Positions 50,231 to 62,799 of a stretch of 64,000 bases of DNA are shown here, piece after piece. Origin of the DNA: Sphyrna mokarran (Eukaryota). Positions within the stretch are counted from its first letter, which is position 1; every line of letters starts with the position of its first letter. The notes under the pieces were generated by a model, which saw nothing but the letters and a program-made list of their open reading frames with translations, was not told the DNA's origin and searched no databases. A program made the translations under genes and the position numbers. The stretch lies in contig JAGIQG010000009.1 in NCBI GenBank assembly GCA_024679065.1, positions 31,248,001-31,312,000 of the forward strand. Direction: 5' to 3'.

Positions 50231-53200
50231 TTCAGGATAGCATGAGGCTCCTGAGTCTACACTTCCCAACAGCAGAACTTGCAATTCCTCCAAATTGGCC
50301 GCTTGCTTGCATATTAAGAATGGCAGTCAGGCTCCATAATGTAATGTGCAGACAGAAGCATGTGCCCAGGATCTGTGGGGCAGTGGGGGGTGGATTTCAG
50401 TTATTTTTTTCCAGTTGCAATCCTTTTTGCTGCTTGATTGATTTCCAAAGTCAGAAAGAAGGTTTTTAGAGATTCCTGTAAAAGATGGTTATTTCCTTTT
50501 TTGAAGGGCACTGCTTCTGACTTTGTACCATACACCTTCAATGTAGAACTTCCCATTATTTTTCCTTGCAGCACATGGACCAAGACATCTGGAAACCACT
50601 TGTCAATCTAGGGAGGCAATTACACAGGGTCGTTTAGATGAAATAGCCATTATGTTCCCTTGTCATTACCAGAGATGGTAATCAGTGCTTGGATGCGTTT
50701 AGAATTACCTTGTCTGAAACCACAAGTAATGGTTCCATTGTCCATTAGAGAAACAGCCTGCAGCCATTCCTGTCAGTGGCTAGCTGTGCATTTTTAGTCA
50801 CCTTTAGAGTTTGTGTCTGTTTTTTAAGAATATTAAACTCAAGTCTTTTCAAGATCTATTATTTCTCTTTATGATTCCATTGTTTTTTTCTTCATCATCA
50901 GGGGGTTCCTTCTACAAAGGCAGTACCTGATCAAGAGATCCTACATCGGGATGAAGACTTTTGCTGAGAACTTGCCCCTACTCCTTCCCTGTCAAATGCC
51001 TAATTGATGCACAATATGATGGGCCTTCCCAAAAAGAGATAATGTGGGACTCTCACTGGCTGTCTGGCCAGTGGCTGATATCCCATCGCCAGAACCCCAT
51101 CACCTCTCGTCCAGTGTGCATGAATTTTCATGAATATATAATTAAGCTTGGTAGCAAGGACTGCCACCACCTAATGATCCGCCAGTAGTCAGCATCTCAG
51201 CCCACAGTGAGAGAGAGTTGTATAACAGTGCCACAACACATCCTCACCTTCATAGTCCAGCACTTAGAGTTACAAAATACCTATGCTCCTTGGTTGCTGT
51301 TCCTCAAATAAAATCATCGCCCCTCAAAGTAGGAAATGCCCTGCTCATAGATTTAGGTAGTAATTTGTGTTTGTGCTTCTTTTTATTGTTGCCCCTTTAA
51401 AGTATGGAGTTTAAACCAGAAATGAACGATAAATGAACAATGAAATGAACTGCTACTACAGCTGAAGACAGTTGCTAAGGTGTAAAATTTATCCTGTACT
51501 TTAGAGATAAAAAATAATAATTGAGTAAAACAAAGCAGTTCTATCAAAAGTTGGATAAATCTTAACTAAAAGCCAAAGATTTAATTCTTAAATAACATGC
51601 ACAGAATAGTTCTAGTTGAGAAACAAGCAGTACCACAGGTGCAATGGGTTCATTTTCTTTCTCCTGTTATGTAATTGCTAAGGTTTTGCAATTCAATGCA
51701 TGCTTTGAGAATTTTAAAAAGTTAACCCATTCCTTTATGTATCATAATCACTAAATGCTGTGCAGTATGGTGATGTATAATATTAAGTAACAAAAAGGGT
51801 TACTTAATATCATATTTATATCTTATTCTTCCCCTGGTTTATTCACCTGATTGCATATTCTAGACCTGTACAAGATCACGTATTATGTGTTAAATTGCTG
51901 TACAGCATGAGTGGAAAAAGGACCAGATCAATTAAGGTCAAGCAATTCACACTAAATCCATCAATGTTCTATATATAAGCAATTATCTGTATTCGTCTCT
52001 GTGTAATACATACTTTTAGTATTCTCTTTTTAACATTCTATGAATACTGTACATTTTATCCTGTTTGTTCTGACATAAATTTGCTGAAAATTGTATTGTA
52101 TTGAAGAGAGGCGTGGAGTAATGGTAATGTCATTGGAATGGTGACCCAGATGCCCAGGCTAATTCTCTGGGGGACATGGGTTCAAATCTTGCCTTGGTAG
52201 CTGGTGAAATTTAAATTCAATCTAGAAGTCTCAGTAATTGTGATTATCGTAAAAACATATCTTGCTCATGAGGGGTGATCAGTCAGCCTAATGTTTATGC
52301 GAGATTCCAGACCCACAGCTTTGTAGTTGACTGTTAAAATGCCCTTTCAGCTGTATCAAACTGCTACAGGAAAAGGGTGATAAGAAATGAAACCAGATGG
52401 ACTACCTGCATTGGTATAGTACTAAAAACAACAACGGTTCTCTTGTCCCTATAAAGTCCTCTTTCTATGGAGAGAGTTGGTCCATTGACTACTCAAGCAA
52501 CAACCCCATACTCTTGAAATCATATCTTACATACAGTGCCCCGTCTCTGGCTATGTCCTGGTCCACTTATAGGATAGTAAAGCCAGAGGTTGTATGCCGT
52601 CGGTGGGAAATACCTTGGGACTTCTCAACATTGACTCTGGACTCCATGATGTCTCATGGCATTAGGTCAAACACGGACTAGGAGACTTTTTGTTGATTTC
52701 TACCTACCACATCCCCCCTCCCCCAGATGATGAATCAGTACTCTTCCATGAATTTCAGTTGGAAGAAGCGCTGAGGGTGGCAAGGGCACAGAATGTATTC
52801 TGGGTGGGGTATTTCAACATCCACCATCAAGAATGATGCAATAGCATCATTACTAACTGAGCTGGCTAATTCCTAATGGAATAATTTCTAATAGACATAA
52901 CTGCAAGATGATGAAGAATCGAGAAGAGGAAGAAGCATTCGAGACCTCATCCTCACCAATATAACTATTGCAGATCCACCAGTCCACGACAGTATTGGAA
53001 GTTACGAACACCGCACAGTCCGCTTCACATTGAAGATACCCTCCATAATGTTGTACGGCACTATCAATATGCTAAATGGGAAAGATTTCAAACAGATCTC
53101 GCAACTCAAAACCGTGCATCATTGAGCTGCTGTGGACCATCAGCAGCAGTAGAGTTATATTCAAACACAATCTGTAACCTAATGTCGCAGCATATCCCCT

Positions 53201-53939
53201 CAGAAGGATCAATTCTGGTTCAATAAAAGGTGCAGGAGAGCATGCCAGGAAGAGCACTTAGCATTCCTAAAATGTGCAACCTGGCAAAACTACAATATAG
53301 GACTATTTGCACACAAACAATGAAATCAGCTTATGATCGAGCAAAATGATCCCACAAGCAATGGATCAGATCTAAGTTCTACAGTCCTGCCACGTCCAAT
53401 CTTGAACAAATAAGTAACTAACTGGAGGAGGAGGCTCCACAAGAATCCCAGCCTCCATGATTGGGGAAACCAAGAAAAGTAATGCAAAAAATAAGCATTA
53501 CAATTACCTTCAGCCAAAAGTTCTTCTTGCATGATCAATCTCAGCCTGACATCTCCAGATACCAGCCTGCAGTCAATTCAATCCATTCCACACAATGTCA
53601 AGAAACAACTGAAGGTACTGGATACGACAGTTATAGACCCTAATAACATTCCAGTAATAGTATTGGAGACTTGTGCTCCAAAACCAGCTGCACCTTTAGC
53701 CAAGCTGTCCCAGAGCAACCACAAGATGGAATTCTACCTAACAGTGTGGAAATTGGCCCAGGTATATCCTGTAAACAAAAAGCAGGACAAATCCAACCTG
53801 GCCAATTACTGCTCCATTAGTCTACTCTCAATCAAAAGCAAAGCTTATGGAAATGGCTGTTCACCCAATCATGATCAAGTGGCACTTATTTATAATGAGT
53901 TAACTCTCTAATAATAGATGCTGAATATTTGTGTGAAGA

Positions 53940-54420
53940 GATTTTTTTTATTCATTTGTGGGACAGGTGGGTGCTGGCTGGCCAGCATTTATTGCCCATC
54001 CTTAGTTGTTCTTGAGAAGATGGTGGTGTGCTGCCTTCTTGAATTGCTGTAGTCCATGTGCTGTGGATTGACCCATAATGCCATTTGAGAGGAAATTCCA
54101 GGATTTTGATCCATTGACTGAGAAGGAACAGTGATATATTTCCAAGTCAGGGTGGCAGGTGGCTTGGAGGAGCAGTTGCAGGTAGTGGTGTTCCCAGGTA
54201 TCTGCTGCCCTTGTCTTTCTAGATGGTCATGGTCGTGGGTTTGGAAGGTGCTGTCCTGAGACCTTTGGTGAATTGCTGCAGTGCATCCTGTAGATAGTAC
54301 ACACTGCTGCTGCTACTGAGCATGCGTAGTAGAGAGAGTGAATGTTCGTAGATGTGGTACCAATTAAGTGGGCTGTTTTGTTCTGGGTGCTGTCAAGTTT
54401 CTTGAGATTATATTGTGTGT
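53940..54420 (-). mobile_element. Inverted 3' end of the same LINE family inserted in its RT region
   Basis: ggccagcatttattgcccatcc..; LKKLDSTQNKTAHLIG..IHSLY..CTIYRMHCSNSP. Confidence 0.8.
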
Positions 54421-55307
54421 ATGTAATAATGAAGCCACACAGAAAAAAAGTGTGGAGATTCATGAAGATGGACAGTCCTTGTTCTTTGTAATCTATGTGA
54501 GATTAATATATCTCCAGCCAGATTGCTCACTAAGAGTAAGACAACATCTTCCAAGACAACCCAACAACAATAAAACACCCAGCATTAATCTGCTCACTGA
54601 TGCACAGATTGGGTTCCACCAGGGCCATTTGTCTCCAGGTCTCATTAGAGCTCTAACCTAAACATGGACAAAAGAACCAAACTTACGAAGTGAGATGAGA
54701 TTGACGACTTGTGATATTAGTGTAATATTTGACAGAGTGCAGCATCAAGGAGCCCGAGCAAAACTTCAGCCAGTGGGAATCAAGGGAAAATCTTTCCATG
54801 GCTTGGAGCCAAACTTAACATAAACAAAGGTGATTGTGTAGCTGGAGGTCAATCATTTCAGTTGCAGGATAACACTGCTGAAGTTCCTTAGAATAGCATC
54901 CCAAGCACAACCATCTTCAACCACTTTATCAATAGCCTTTCCTCCATGATAGATCAGAAATTGGGATGTTCGTTGATGACTTCACTATATTCAGCAGCAT
55001 TCATGATTTATGAGATATGAAGCAGTCCATATCCATTTGCAGCAGACATGAATTCGTGCTTGGCATGATAAGTGGAAGTAAATTTGCATCAAGCAAATGC
55101 CAGACAATGACCTTCTCCAATAGGAAACAATCTACCATCGGCCCTTAACATTTAATGACATTACCATCACTAAAAGCCCCACTGTCACATCATGCAATTG
55201 CTATTGACCAGAAATGGAACCAGCTTTATGAATACTCTTGTTACAGGAACAGGTCACAAGTTCAGAATTTTGTGGCTAGTAACCCACCATCTGACTCCCC
55301 ACAGTTG

Positions 55308-55962
55308 TCATAAGAACATAAGAACATAAGAAATACAAGCAGAATTAGGCCATCTAGCCTCTTGAGCCTGCCCCACCATTCAATAAGACCATGGCTGATC
55401 TGAAGTGGATCAGTTCCACCTTCCCGCTTTCTCCCCGTAACTCTTAATTCCCTTGTCTATCAGAAACCTATCTACTCATGACTTAAATTTTTCAGTAGGG
55501 TAACCTCCACCACTTCAACAGGCAGAGAATTCCAGAGATTCACCACCCTTTGAGTGAAGAAGTTCTTCCTCAACTCCGATCTAAACTGCGCCCCCCCCCC
55601 TTATATTGAGGCTGTGCCCCCAAGTCCTGCTATCCTTTTTAAGCGAGAAGAATCTCTCTACCTCTACCCTATCTATCCCCTTCACTATCTTACATGTCTC
55701 TATAAAATCTCCCCTCAGCCTTCTAAACTCCAATGAGTATAGATCCAGTCTATTCAATCTCTCCTCATAGGCTAACTCCCTCATCTCCGGTATCAGTCTA
55801 GTGAACTTTCTCTGCACTCCTCCAAGGCCAAAATATCCTTCCGTAAATGCAACGACCAAAACTGCACACAGTACTTCAGCTGCAGCCTCACCAGTACCCT
55901 GTACAGTTGCAGCAAGACCTCCCTGCTTTTATATTCTATCCCCCTCGCGATAAAGGCAAATA
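55308..55962 (-). mobile_element. CR1 3' fragment inserted in the LINE
   Basis: VQRKFTRLIP..YEERLNRL.LYSLEFRRLRGD; (cataagaa)3 tail. Confidence 0.9.
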
Positions 55963-56943
55963 TCTAAAAGACACAAGTCAAGAATGTGGTGGAATACTCT
56001 CTACTTGCCTGGATGAATGCAGCTCCAACAACACAGAAGCTTGACACCATCCAAGACAAAGATTGGCATACCATCCACCACCTTAAGCATTCACTCCGTC
56101 CACCACTGAAATATAACGGCAACAATGTGTATCATCTACAAGATGCACTGCAGCAATTCATCAAGATTCCTTCAACAGTACCTGTCAAACCTGTGATTTC
56201 TACCACTTCAAAGTATAAGGGCTGCAATGCATGGGAATATTACCATCTGCAAGTTCCTCTGTAAATCACACACCATCCTGAGTTGGAACTATATCATTGT
56301 TCTTTCATTGTCATTGGGCAAAATCCTGGAACTCTCTCCCTAAGAGCACTGTGGGCATAAATGCCAGAGGGGTTGCAGTGGTTCAAGAAGCTGGCTCAGC
56401 ACCACCTTGTCAAGGCAATTAAAAGTGAGTAGTAAGTGCTGGGTTTATGAATGATATCTACATCATGTGAAAGAACTTTTGAAACTCATTTCATTAAGCT
56501 ATCAGCCTGATGAGAACCGTCATCAGTCCAATCTGGGATTGAGTTATGTTTCTGGAGGTAAAAAGATGTCATTGCGGCCCTTTAGATTAGTGAGTCTTTT
56601 AAGTTGGCTAAGTTGTTTTAGTGAAAAATTTGTCAAACAAGAACACATTATTTTTATGTATTATGATCAAGTTATAGCTATGTTACAACTGTAAAGTAAA
56701 AAAATTTGCGAAAAGAACAATCATTCCAATGAAAATGCTTGTATAAAAATACCAAAGTTGCTTGCAAAGCATTCGTTGAATCTTTAGTTGATATCTTTTG
56801 AACAAATCTATTTGTAACATATATTCTACGAGTAACTTATAGCTTCCTGATTAAGTAATTTTCTTCTATGTTTCATGGTAAGTGACATGAAGTCGGATTG
56901 TAAAGTTGATCATGGCTTTAAAGTGTTTCCAATTCTACTACAG

Positions 56944-57030
56944 TTACAATGGAAAGGAAGAAGCCCTAATGGTTGGTCTTGTAAATGGAAAGTCCAGACT
57001 ATGGATAATGGAAAGGGCTTGGAAAAGAGA
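56944..57030 (+). other. Exon-like segment, 87 nt
   Basis: ttctactacag acceptor, aga|gtgagt donor, two open frames. Confidence 0.25.
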
Positions 57031-58231
57031 GTGAGTCAGTCTTTAAAAACAGTACAGAAATTCCCACACAAGGTGTGAATTACCATTATAACAGACAGAA
57101 AATGTAATGGGGGAATTAGGCTACACAGAGCAGAAAGACTTTCTTATTGATTGGTCTAGAAATGTTTGTAAACTAGCAATAATGGCGCCGGCACATTCTG
57201 CTCCCCTGTTAGTAAAGCCACTGACCTCTAAAGCCAATTTGTATAGATTGGTACCTGCTTCTAACACTATCTCAGGTGCAAAATGACTCAAAGCCTGAGC
57301 TTAGGTGTAACCTGACACTGATAATGAACTAAAACATGTCCCATTAATGTGCAATTTATAGATCCAGTTTGGCTCCACACATGCATGCACAAAAAAAAAT
57401 TCTTGGAGAAGATTGCAAAATAATGTAGCTTCTACTTCATTAGTGTTTGATTTACAAAGCAGCCACCACCCTCACTCTTTATGTAACTTTAACCCCTTGA
57501 CCTCTTCAAAGCCATTGAGACAGTATAAAGGGCATACAAATGTGGAAATCACACAGCAGTCAATTTTAAATGGGTTTTTCATATCACACTTGGGATTCTG
57601 CAGGATCTCCAGAGCTGTAAAACATTTACACATTCCTCTTGTACTTGTTACATGGTTGGGTAGGAGCTGCTTTGAATGGTTTCACATCTTGTGAGTGGTG
57701 TTAGAGTGCAAACGCCCCATAATATGCACATGAACAGAATCTTATTAACAAGATCTTCAATTCATCACCATCTTTCTTTTCAAATTTATCAGGCTTGTGA
57801 AGTTTAACTTCATATTTTCTTCCCAATAACCATTATACATCGTCAGTGTTTGAGATCTAATAGCACAGTAAAAGATTAACTAACCTACAGTATAACTGCT
57901 ATCAATGTTCATGGATTTAGAAATTTTCCTCTTAGAAAAGGCATACCTTCCACTCTATGGATAATTATGGTATAGTAACCGGTTGTTCTGCTAATGCTTA
58001 ACTTGTTTCTCATCAATAGTTTCTGCAAAGGCTAAGTAAATAATCATTCACCATCTAACTGCCACTACCCACTCCTCCTCCCACCTGGCCACTCGCTCAT
58101 ACAGGCTAATAAATGCTCCCTCAGTATTGGATTAAACATATTTCACTACCTGAATAAATAGCATAAGAAAGAGTTATCCAGTGTCACATTTGGAGTACAT
58201 GTTCTACAACACTGGCTTGGCTATCCGATAA

Positions 58232-58310
58232 ATTGGTTGGACTTAAACCTGGTGTTGTCAGACTTCTTACTGTGTTTACCCCAGTCCAATACTGGCACCT
58301 CCACATCTTG
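58232..58310 (+). mobile_element. Penelope family 2 terminal fragment
   Basis: ttggacttaaacctggtgttgtcagacttcttactgtg..ctccacatc; ttgg.tatcc on both sides. Confidence 0.65.
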
Positions 58311-58432
58311 GTTATCCAAATCAGAGGAGACTTTTCTACCTGAATGGAAAAAAATTTGAAGGCTCATTTACCTAGGAGCACGTCGTTGGAGTTTAGCAAT
58401 ATGTCTTAAATCCTGCCTACTTTCCTTGCTAG

Positions 58433-58469
58433 ATGGTACACAGTTATCAACTTTGGACAAAGGCTAACT
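58433..58469 (+). other. Exon-like segment, 37 nt
   Basis: cctactttccttgctag acceptor, act|gtgagt donor. Confidence 0.25.
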
Positions 58470-58677
58470 GTGAGTTTTCATTTATACACACAAGGAGCAG
58501 ACCCAGCCCAAAAATATAATTTCATGAAAGAAGCATGCTGCATCTATGACACGGAGCTCAAGCAATGGACAAGTGGTACTGCTATGTCATTGATTCCTCA
58601 TCTGACCTATCCAAATTTAGTTTTTTTTTCACATTTCCATTTTCCTGCTTTTCCCATTCTCCCTCCCCAATTTTGTA

Positions 58678-59010
58678 TAGAATTTTAGAATCCCCGCAGT
58701 GTAGAAGGAGGCTATTGAGCCCATCAAGTCTGCACTGACAACAGCCCCAGGTTCTGACCACAGGCTCTATCCCTGTAATCCTGCTAATCCCTCTAACTTA
58801 TGCATTCAGGGACACTAAAGGGCAATTTAGTATGACTATTTAACCTAACCCGCACAGCTTTGAAATGTGGGAGGAAACTGAAGCATCCAGAGGAAACCCA
58901 TGCAGACACTGGGTAATTGTGCAAACTCCAAACAGACAGTGACCTAAGCCAGGAGTCAAACCAAGGTTCCTGGAGCTGTGAAGCAGAAGTGCTAACCACT
59001 GTGCCACTGT
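58678..59010 (-). mobile_element. HE1-like V-SINE, tail type A
   Basis: Head, V-domain and tail on minus. Confidence 0.85.
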
Positions 59011-59291
59011 ACCATCCCTATTTTTCTCAAGTGACCATTTCCATTTGGAATCATGCATCATCTCTGCCTTATAGTCAGAAAGTTCCAGGTCATTATCACT
59101 CGTTATGTATAAAAAAAACTCATATCTCCCCTTGCTTCTCCTATGTCCTAAAGTTCCTGTATCATCAACCAATGGGAACAGCATTTCTTTTTCTACATTA
59201 TCTAACATAACCTTGGACACATCTGTCAAATCTCCCTTGCTCCAAGGACAACAACTCAACTTCTCCAACCTAATTGTGTAGCTAAAATTTC

Positions 59292-59511
59292 ATGATGTGG
59301 AGATGCCGGCGTTGGACTAGGATGGCCACAGTATAAGTCTCACAACACCAGATTAAAATCTAACAGGTTTATTTGGAATCACAAGTTTTCAGAGCGCTGC
59401 TCCTTAATCAGGTCCTTCATCACACTAACCTGATGAAGGAGCAGTGCACTGAAAGCTTGTGATTCCAAATAAACCTGGTAGACTTTAACCTAGTGTTGTG
59501 AGACTTCTTAC
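59292..59511. mobile_element. Penelope-type hairpin element with 13-bp target-site duplication
   Basis: Arms 59335-59413 / 59428-59506; tagctaaaatttc at 59279-59291 and 59512-59524. Confidence 0.85.
59427..59461 (+). ncRNA. Minimal type I hammerhead ribozyme-like motif (decayed)
   Basis: aac-CTGATGA-a-ggagc-agt-gcact-GAA-AGCT-t-gtg: core boxes intact, stem II imperfect, palindromic AGCT in place of stem III. Confidence 0.55.
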
Positions 59512-60019
59512 TAGCTAAAATTTCTCATCCCTGATCACTCTGGTAAACCTTCACTTCACTGTCACAGATGTTTACATGCTTTCTAAAGTATGTGAACAGA
59601 ATTGAATGCAATCGTCTAATTGTGACCTAACCACTCTTACTAATTAATTTATATTCACCGAAGTATAGTTATTAACATCACAAACAATAACTTGCATTAA
59701 TACAGTCCTATTAAAGTTGAGAAGAACTATCATTTCATAGATCGGGAAAGAAATATTGAACCAGAAAGGAAGAGGTTAGGAGAAAGGACCAATAAACTTC
59801 AAGAAGAAATGGGTTTATTGTACTACAGTCTGTATCAACAGTAAAAGTTGGCTCTTCTGATAATTGAACTGATTGATTTAGTCTGTAGTGCACCCATGCA
59901 GGGCAACAATGCCTCAGGTTTGATCTCTTATCTGTGTTGAATTGTCTGATTTCAGCAGAGGCAAGTAGCAGAGTGCACATTATTCCTAAGTTAAGGAAAG
60001 GAAAGGCATCTAGATCCAA

Positions 60020-60288
60020 TGCCATTCAGCCAATCGAGTCTGCACCAACAACAATCCCATCAAGGCCCTATCCCCATAACCCCATGTATTTACTTTGCTA
60101 ATCCCCCTAACACCAAGGGTCCATTTAGCATTGTCAATCAATTCAACCTGCACATTGTTGGACTGTGGGAGGAAACCAGGTCACCTGGAGGAAACCCACA
60201 GACACAAGGAGAACATATAAACTCCACACAGTCACCAAGGCCAGAATTGAACTCGGATCCCTGACACTATGAGGCAATGTTGCTAATC
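60020..60288 (-). mobile_element. HE1-like V-SINE, tail type A
   Basis: Family text on minus. Confidence 0.8.
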
Positions 60289-61321
60289 AGGGATAACCCA
60301 TAAATTCTGATGCTTTCAGTGATGCCCCCATCCCATGAATGAGTGCATTGTGAGAACAGCCCAGGTAATAAGACATTGATTATTTGCAGTATTGCTGCAA
60401 TGTAAAATTCTGATGAAACTTTGACAGGAATAACTAACTTATTTTACAAATACAGAGCATTGACATATAATGCATTTCCGAGGGTGAGAGAAATGCTCTA
60501 TTGAGATAGCATTTATCCATGATTTAGCGTTACAATACAGACATTTCCCAGCATGAATGCTTTTAGCAGACTGAAACTGACAAGCTGGGTCTGCACTAAA
60601 ATGAAATTAAGGACTTTGGTGAATTAATAACATGATGCACTTTTATAGTAGCAGCAAGTTCTGGAATGAAAAAATTGACAGATGGAGATTTGTAATAAAA
60701 AAGGAACAAGAGAACATAATTTTTAATTAATTAAATCTCTGTGTGTTTACAATCAATAGTATAAACATTCAGAATGGAGACTTCTGCAAAGCTTTATACT
60801 ATTACCCTGACAATAGTGCCCTGGAAAAGTCCCAAGACTATTGTTTCCTTGTCTAGAGGACAATTATAAAAGTAGTAATATAATTTCCAAAATAACATTA
60901 ACAATGAAATTCCAATTATTATTTATTAATCTGGCCTGCAAAACTAATTGTATCACACCTACAGAAGAAAAAAATGCCTTCTGTTCATTATTTGTTCAAA
61001 CAAAACTGTAGTTCATATGAATGTAATGAATAGTTGATTTCTTTGTCTCCTCATTGATCAATAGATGTTCAGTATAAATGATATTGCAATAAGAGTAAGT
61101 CCAACAACTGAAAACATTTTTCAAAACATCTACCTTGATTACACACTCTAACATTCCTGCAGCTGCAGAGCATAGAATTACACTGATAATGATTCAAAGT
61201 CTGAGCACAAATTTGATGGGATCATATTCACCTAACTCTGCAGCAAGAAATCCAGCAGATCTGTTGAAATAAAATAATATTGCAGATGTTGGGAATGCTG
61301 GAGAAACTCTGCAGGTCTCAC

Positions 61322-61408
61322 CATCTCCTCCTTGTCTTCCAAAATTCTCCTTAAAAGCCTTCAACTTGTTTCTCACACTGGATTTCCCCAATCCTGCAGT
61401 GTTGACCT
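61322..61408 (-). other. Exon-like segment, 87 nt, phase 1-1
   Basis: ctgtgctttacttag acceptor, atg|gtgaga donor; VNTAGLGKSSVRNKLKAFKENFGRQGGD; donor abuts a Penelope-like fragment. Confidence 0.25.
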
Positions 61409-61456
61409 CTAAGTAAAGCACAGGGAAATGTCCTTCTTGTGATAAATTCCCTGTTA

Positions 61457-62002
61457 GGACGTGGAAGCTATTGAGAGGGTGCAGAGGAGATTTACAAGGA
61501 TGTTGCCTGGATTGGGGGGCATGCCTTATGAAGATAGGATGAGAGATCTGGGTCTCTTCTCTCTGGAGAGACGAAGGTTGAAAGGTGACCCGATAGAGGT
61601 TTATAAGATGTTGAGAGGAGTAGATAGAGTTGATTCTCGGAGGCTATTTTATAAGATGTTGAAAGGAATAGATAAAGTGGATTCTTGGAGGCTATTTCCC
61701 AGGGCTGAAATGGTTGCTACGAGAGGATACAGGTTTAAGGTGCTGGGGGGCAAATACAGAGGAGATGTTAGAGGTAAGTTTTTCACTCAGAGGCTGGTGA
61801 ATGAATGGAATCGGCTACTGTCAGTGGTGGTAGAGGTGAACTCACTGGAGTCTTTTAAGAGACTTCTGGATGAGTACATGGGATTTAATGGGATTGGGAG
61901 TTACAGATAGTTCTATGGCCTAGTAGGTACTGATATGATCAGCACAACTTGTGGGCCGAAGGAGCTGTTTGTGCTGTAGTGTTCTATGTTCTATGTTCTA
62001 TG
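61457..62002 (+). mobile_element. Young CR1 3' end with an internal 48-bp duplication
   Basis: 149-aa open ORF IERVQRRFTRML..FFTQRLVNEWN; (gttctat)3 tail. Confidence 0.9.
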
Positions 62003-62024
62003 ACAATATCTACCATTTCATCAC

Positions 62025-62298
62025 TTGGGTTAGCACTGCTGTCTCACAGCCCCAAAAACCTGGATTCGATACCCACTTGGGTCACTGTCTATGTGGAGTC
62101 TGCACATTCTCCCTGTGTCTGCGTGGATTTTCTTCCCACAATCTGAGAGACAAGTTGGTTAGGTGCATTGGCCATGCTAAATTCTCCCTCAGTATACCCA
62201 AACAGGGATCAGAGTGTGGTAACTATGGAACTTTTACATTAACTTCATTGCAGTGTTAATGTAAGCCTGCTTGTAATTAATAAATTAATTTTTAAATT
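62025..62298 (+). mobile_element. V-SINE, tail type B
   Basis: Head, V-domain, B tail. Confidence 0.8.
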
Positions 62299-62799
62299 TT
62301 TTTTGAAATAAAGTTTTCCCAGATTCAGAAAGCTTGAGCAAACAAAATTCTGAAATACCTGAGCAACTGACATTCGACACTATTCATCCTTCTCTGACGT
62401 TTCTCCCTCTTAGGGAAATGAATCAAATTAAAGGATGTGTTAGGATGCTTAGTGGTTGTAAACAGCTGCTACTACTGACTGACGGAAGTCAATATTTTTC
62501 CCCAGTGTGTGACTAAGAAGGGGACATTTTTATCCAAATGTTCATTTGTGCTTTCAATCAAAATCCTCACAGTTTATTAACTGTGTAATTGCACAATCGA
62601 TTCCAATTAATTAAATATCCAATAAGCAAATATCTCTCTTCGGTGGTTGAAAGAAAAAATTAAATCTGTTCAACGGTTGTACACTATGCTGAAATTCTTG
62701 GATAACATTATTCACAAGAAACTTTCTGCAGATATTAAAAAGAGCCTGTGTTCCCATAAAATACTATTTTCTTCAAGTGTTAACAGTTCCATGTCAGTG

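Larger units (their letters stand above)
52109..56470 (+). mobile_element. Near full-length decayed CR1/L2-group LINE with tRNA-like 5' head and no visible ORF1
   Basis: APE remnants (WVG.FN.HH about 52800, DLILTN about 52945, DSIG...HRTV about 52990), RT remnants (VWKLAQVYPVNKKQDKSNLANY..ISLLS, gttcgttgatgac), tail at about 56410-56470; two internal insertions. Confidence 0.8.

Noticed and set aside
51780-51810. 12-bp perfect hairpin atattaagtaac / gttacttaatat
   Set aside because: Short and AT-rich, too small for a pre-miRNA; terminators do not apply here.
59735-60025. 96-aa ORF with an acceptor-like site
   Set aside because: Starts in a SINE end, has no convincing donor and no recognisable domain.
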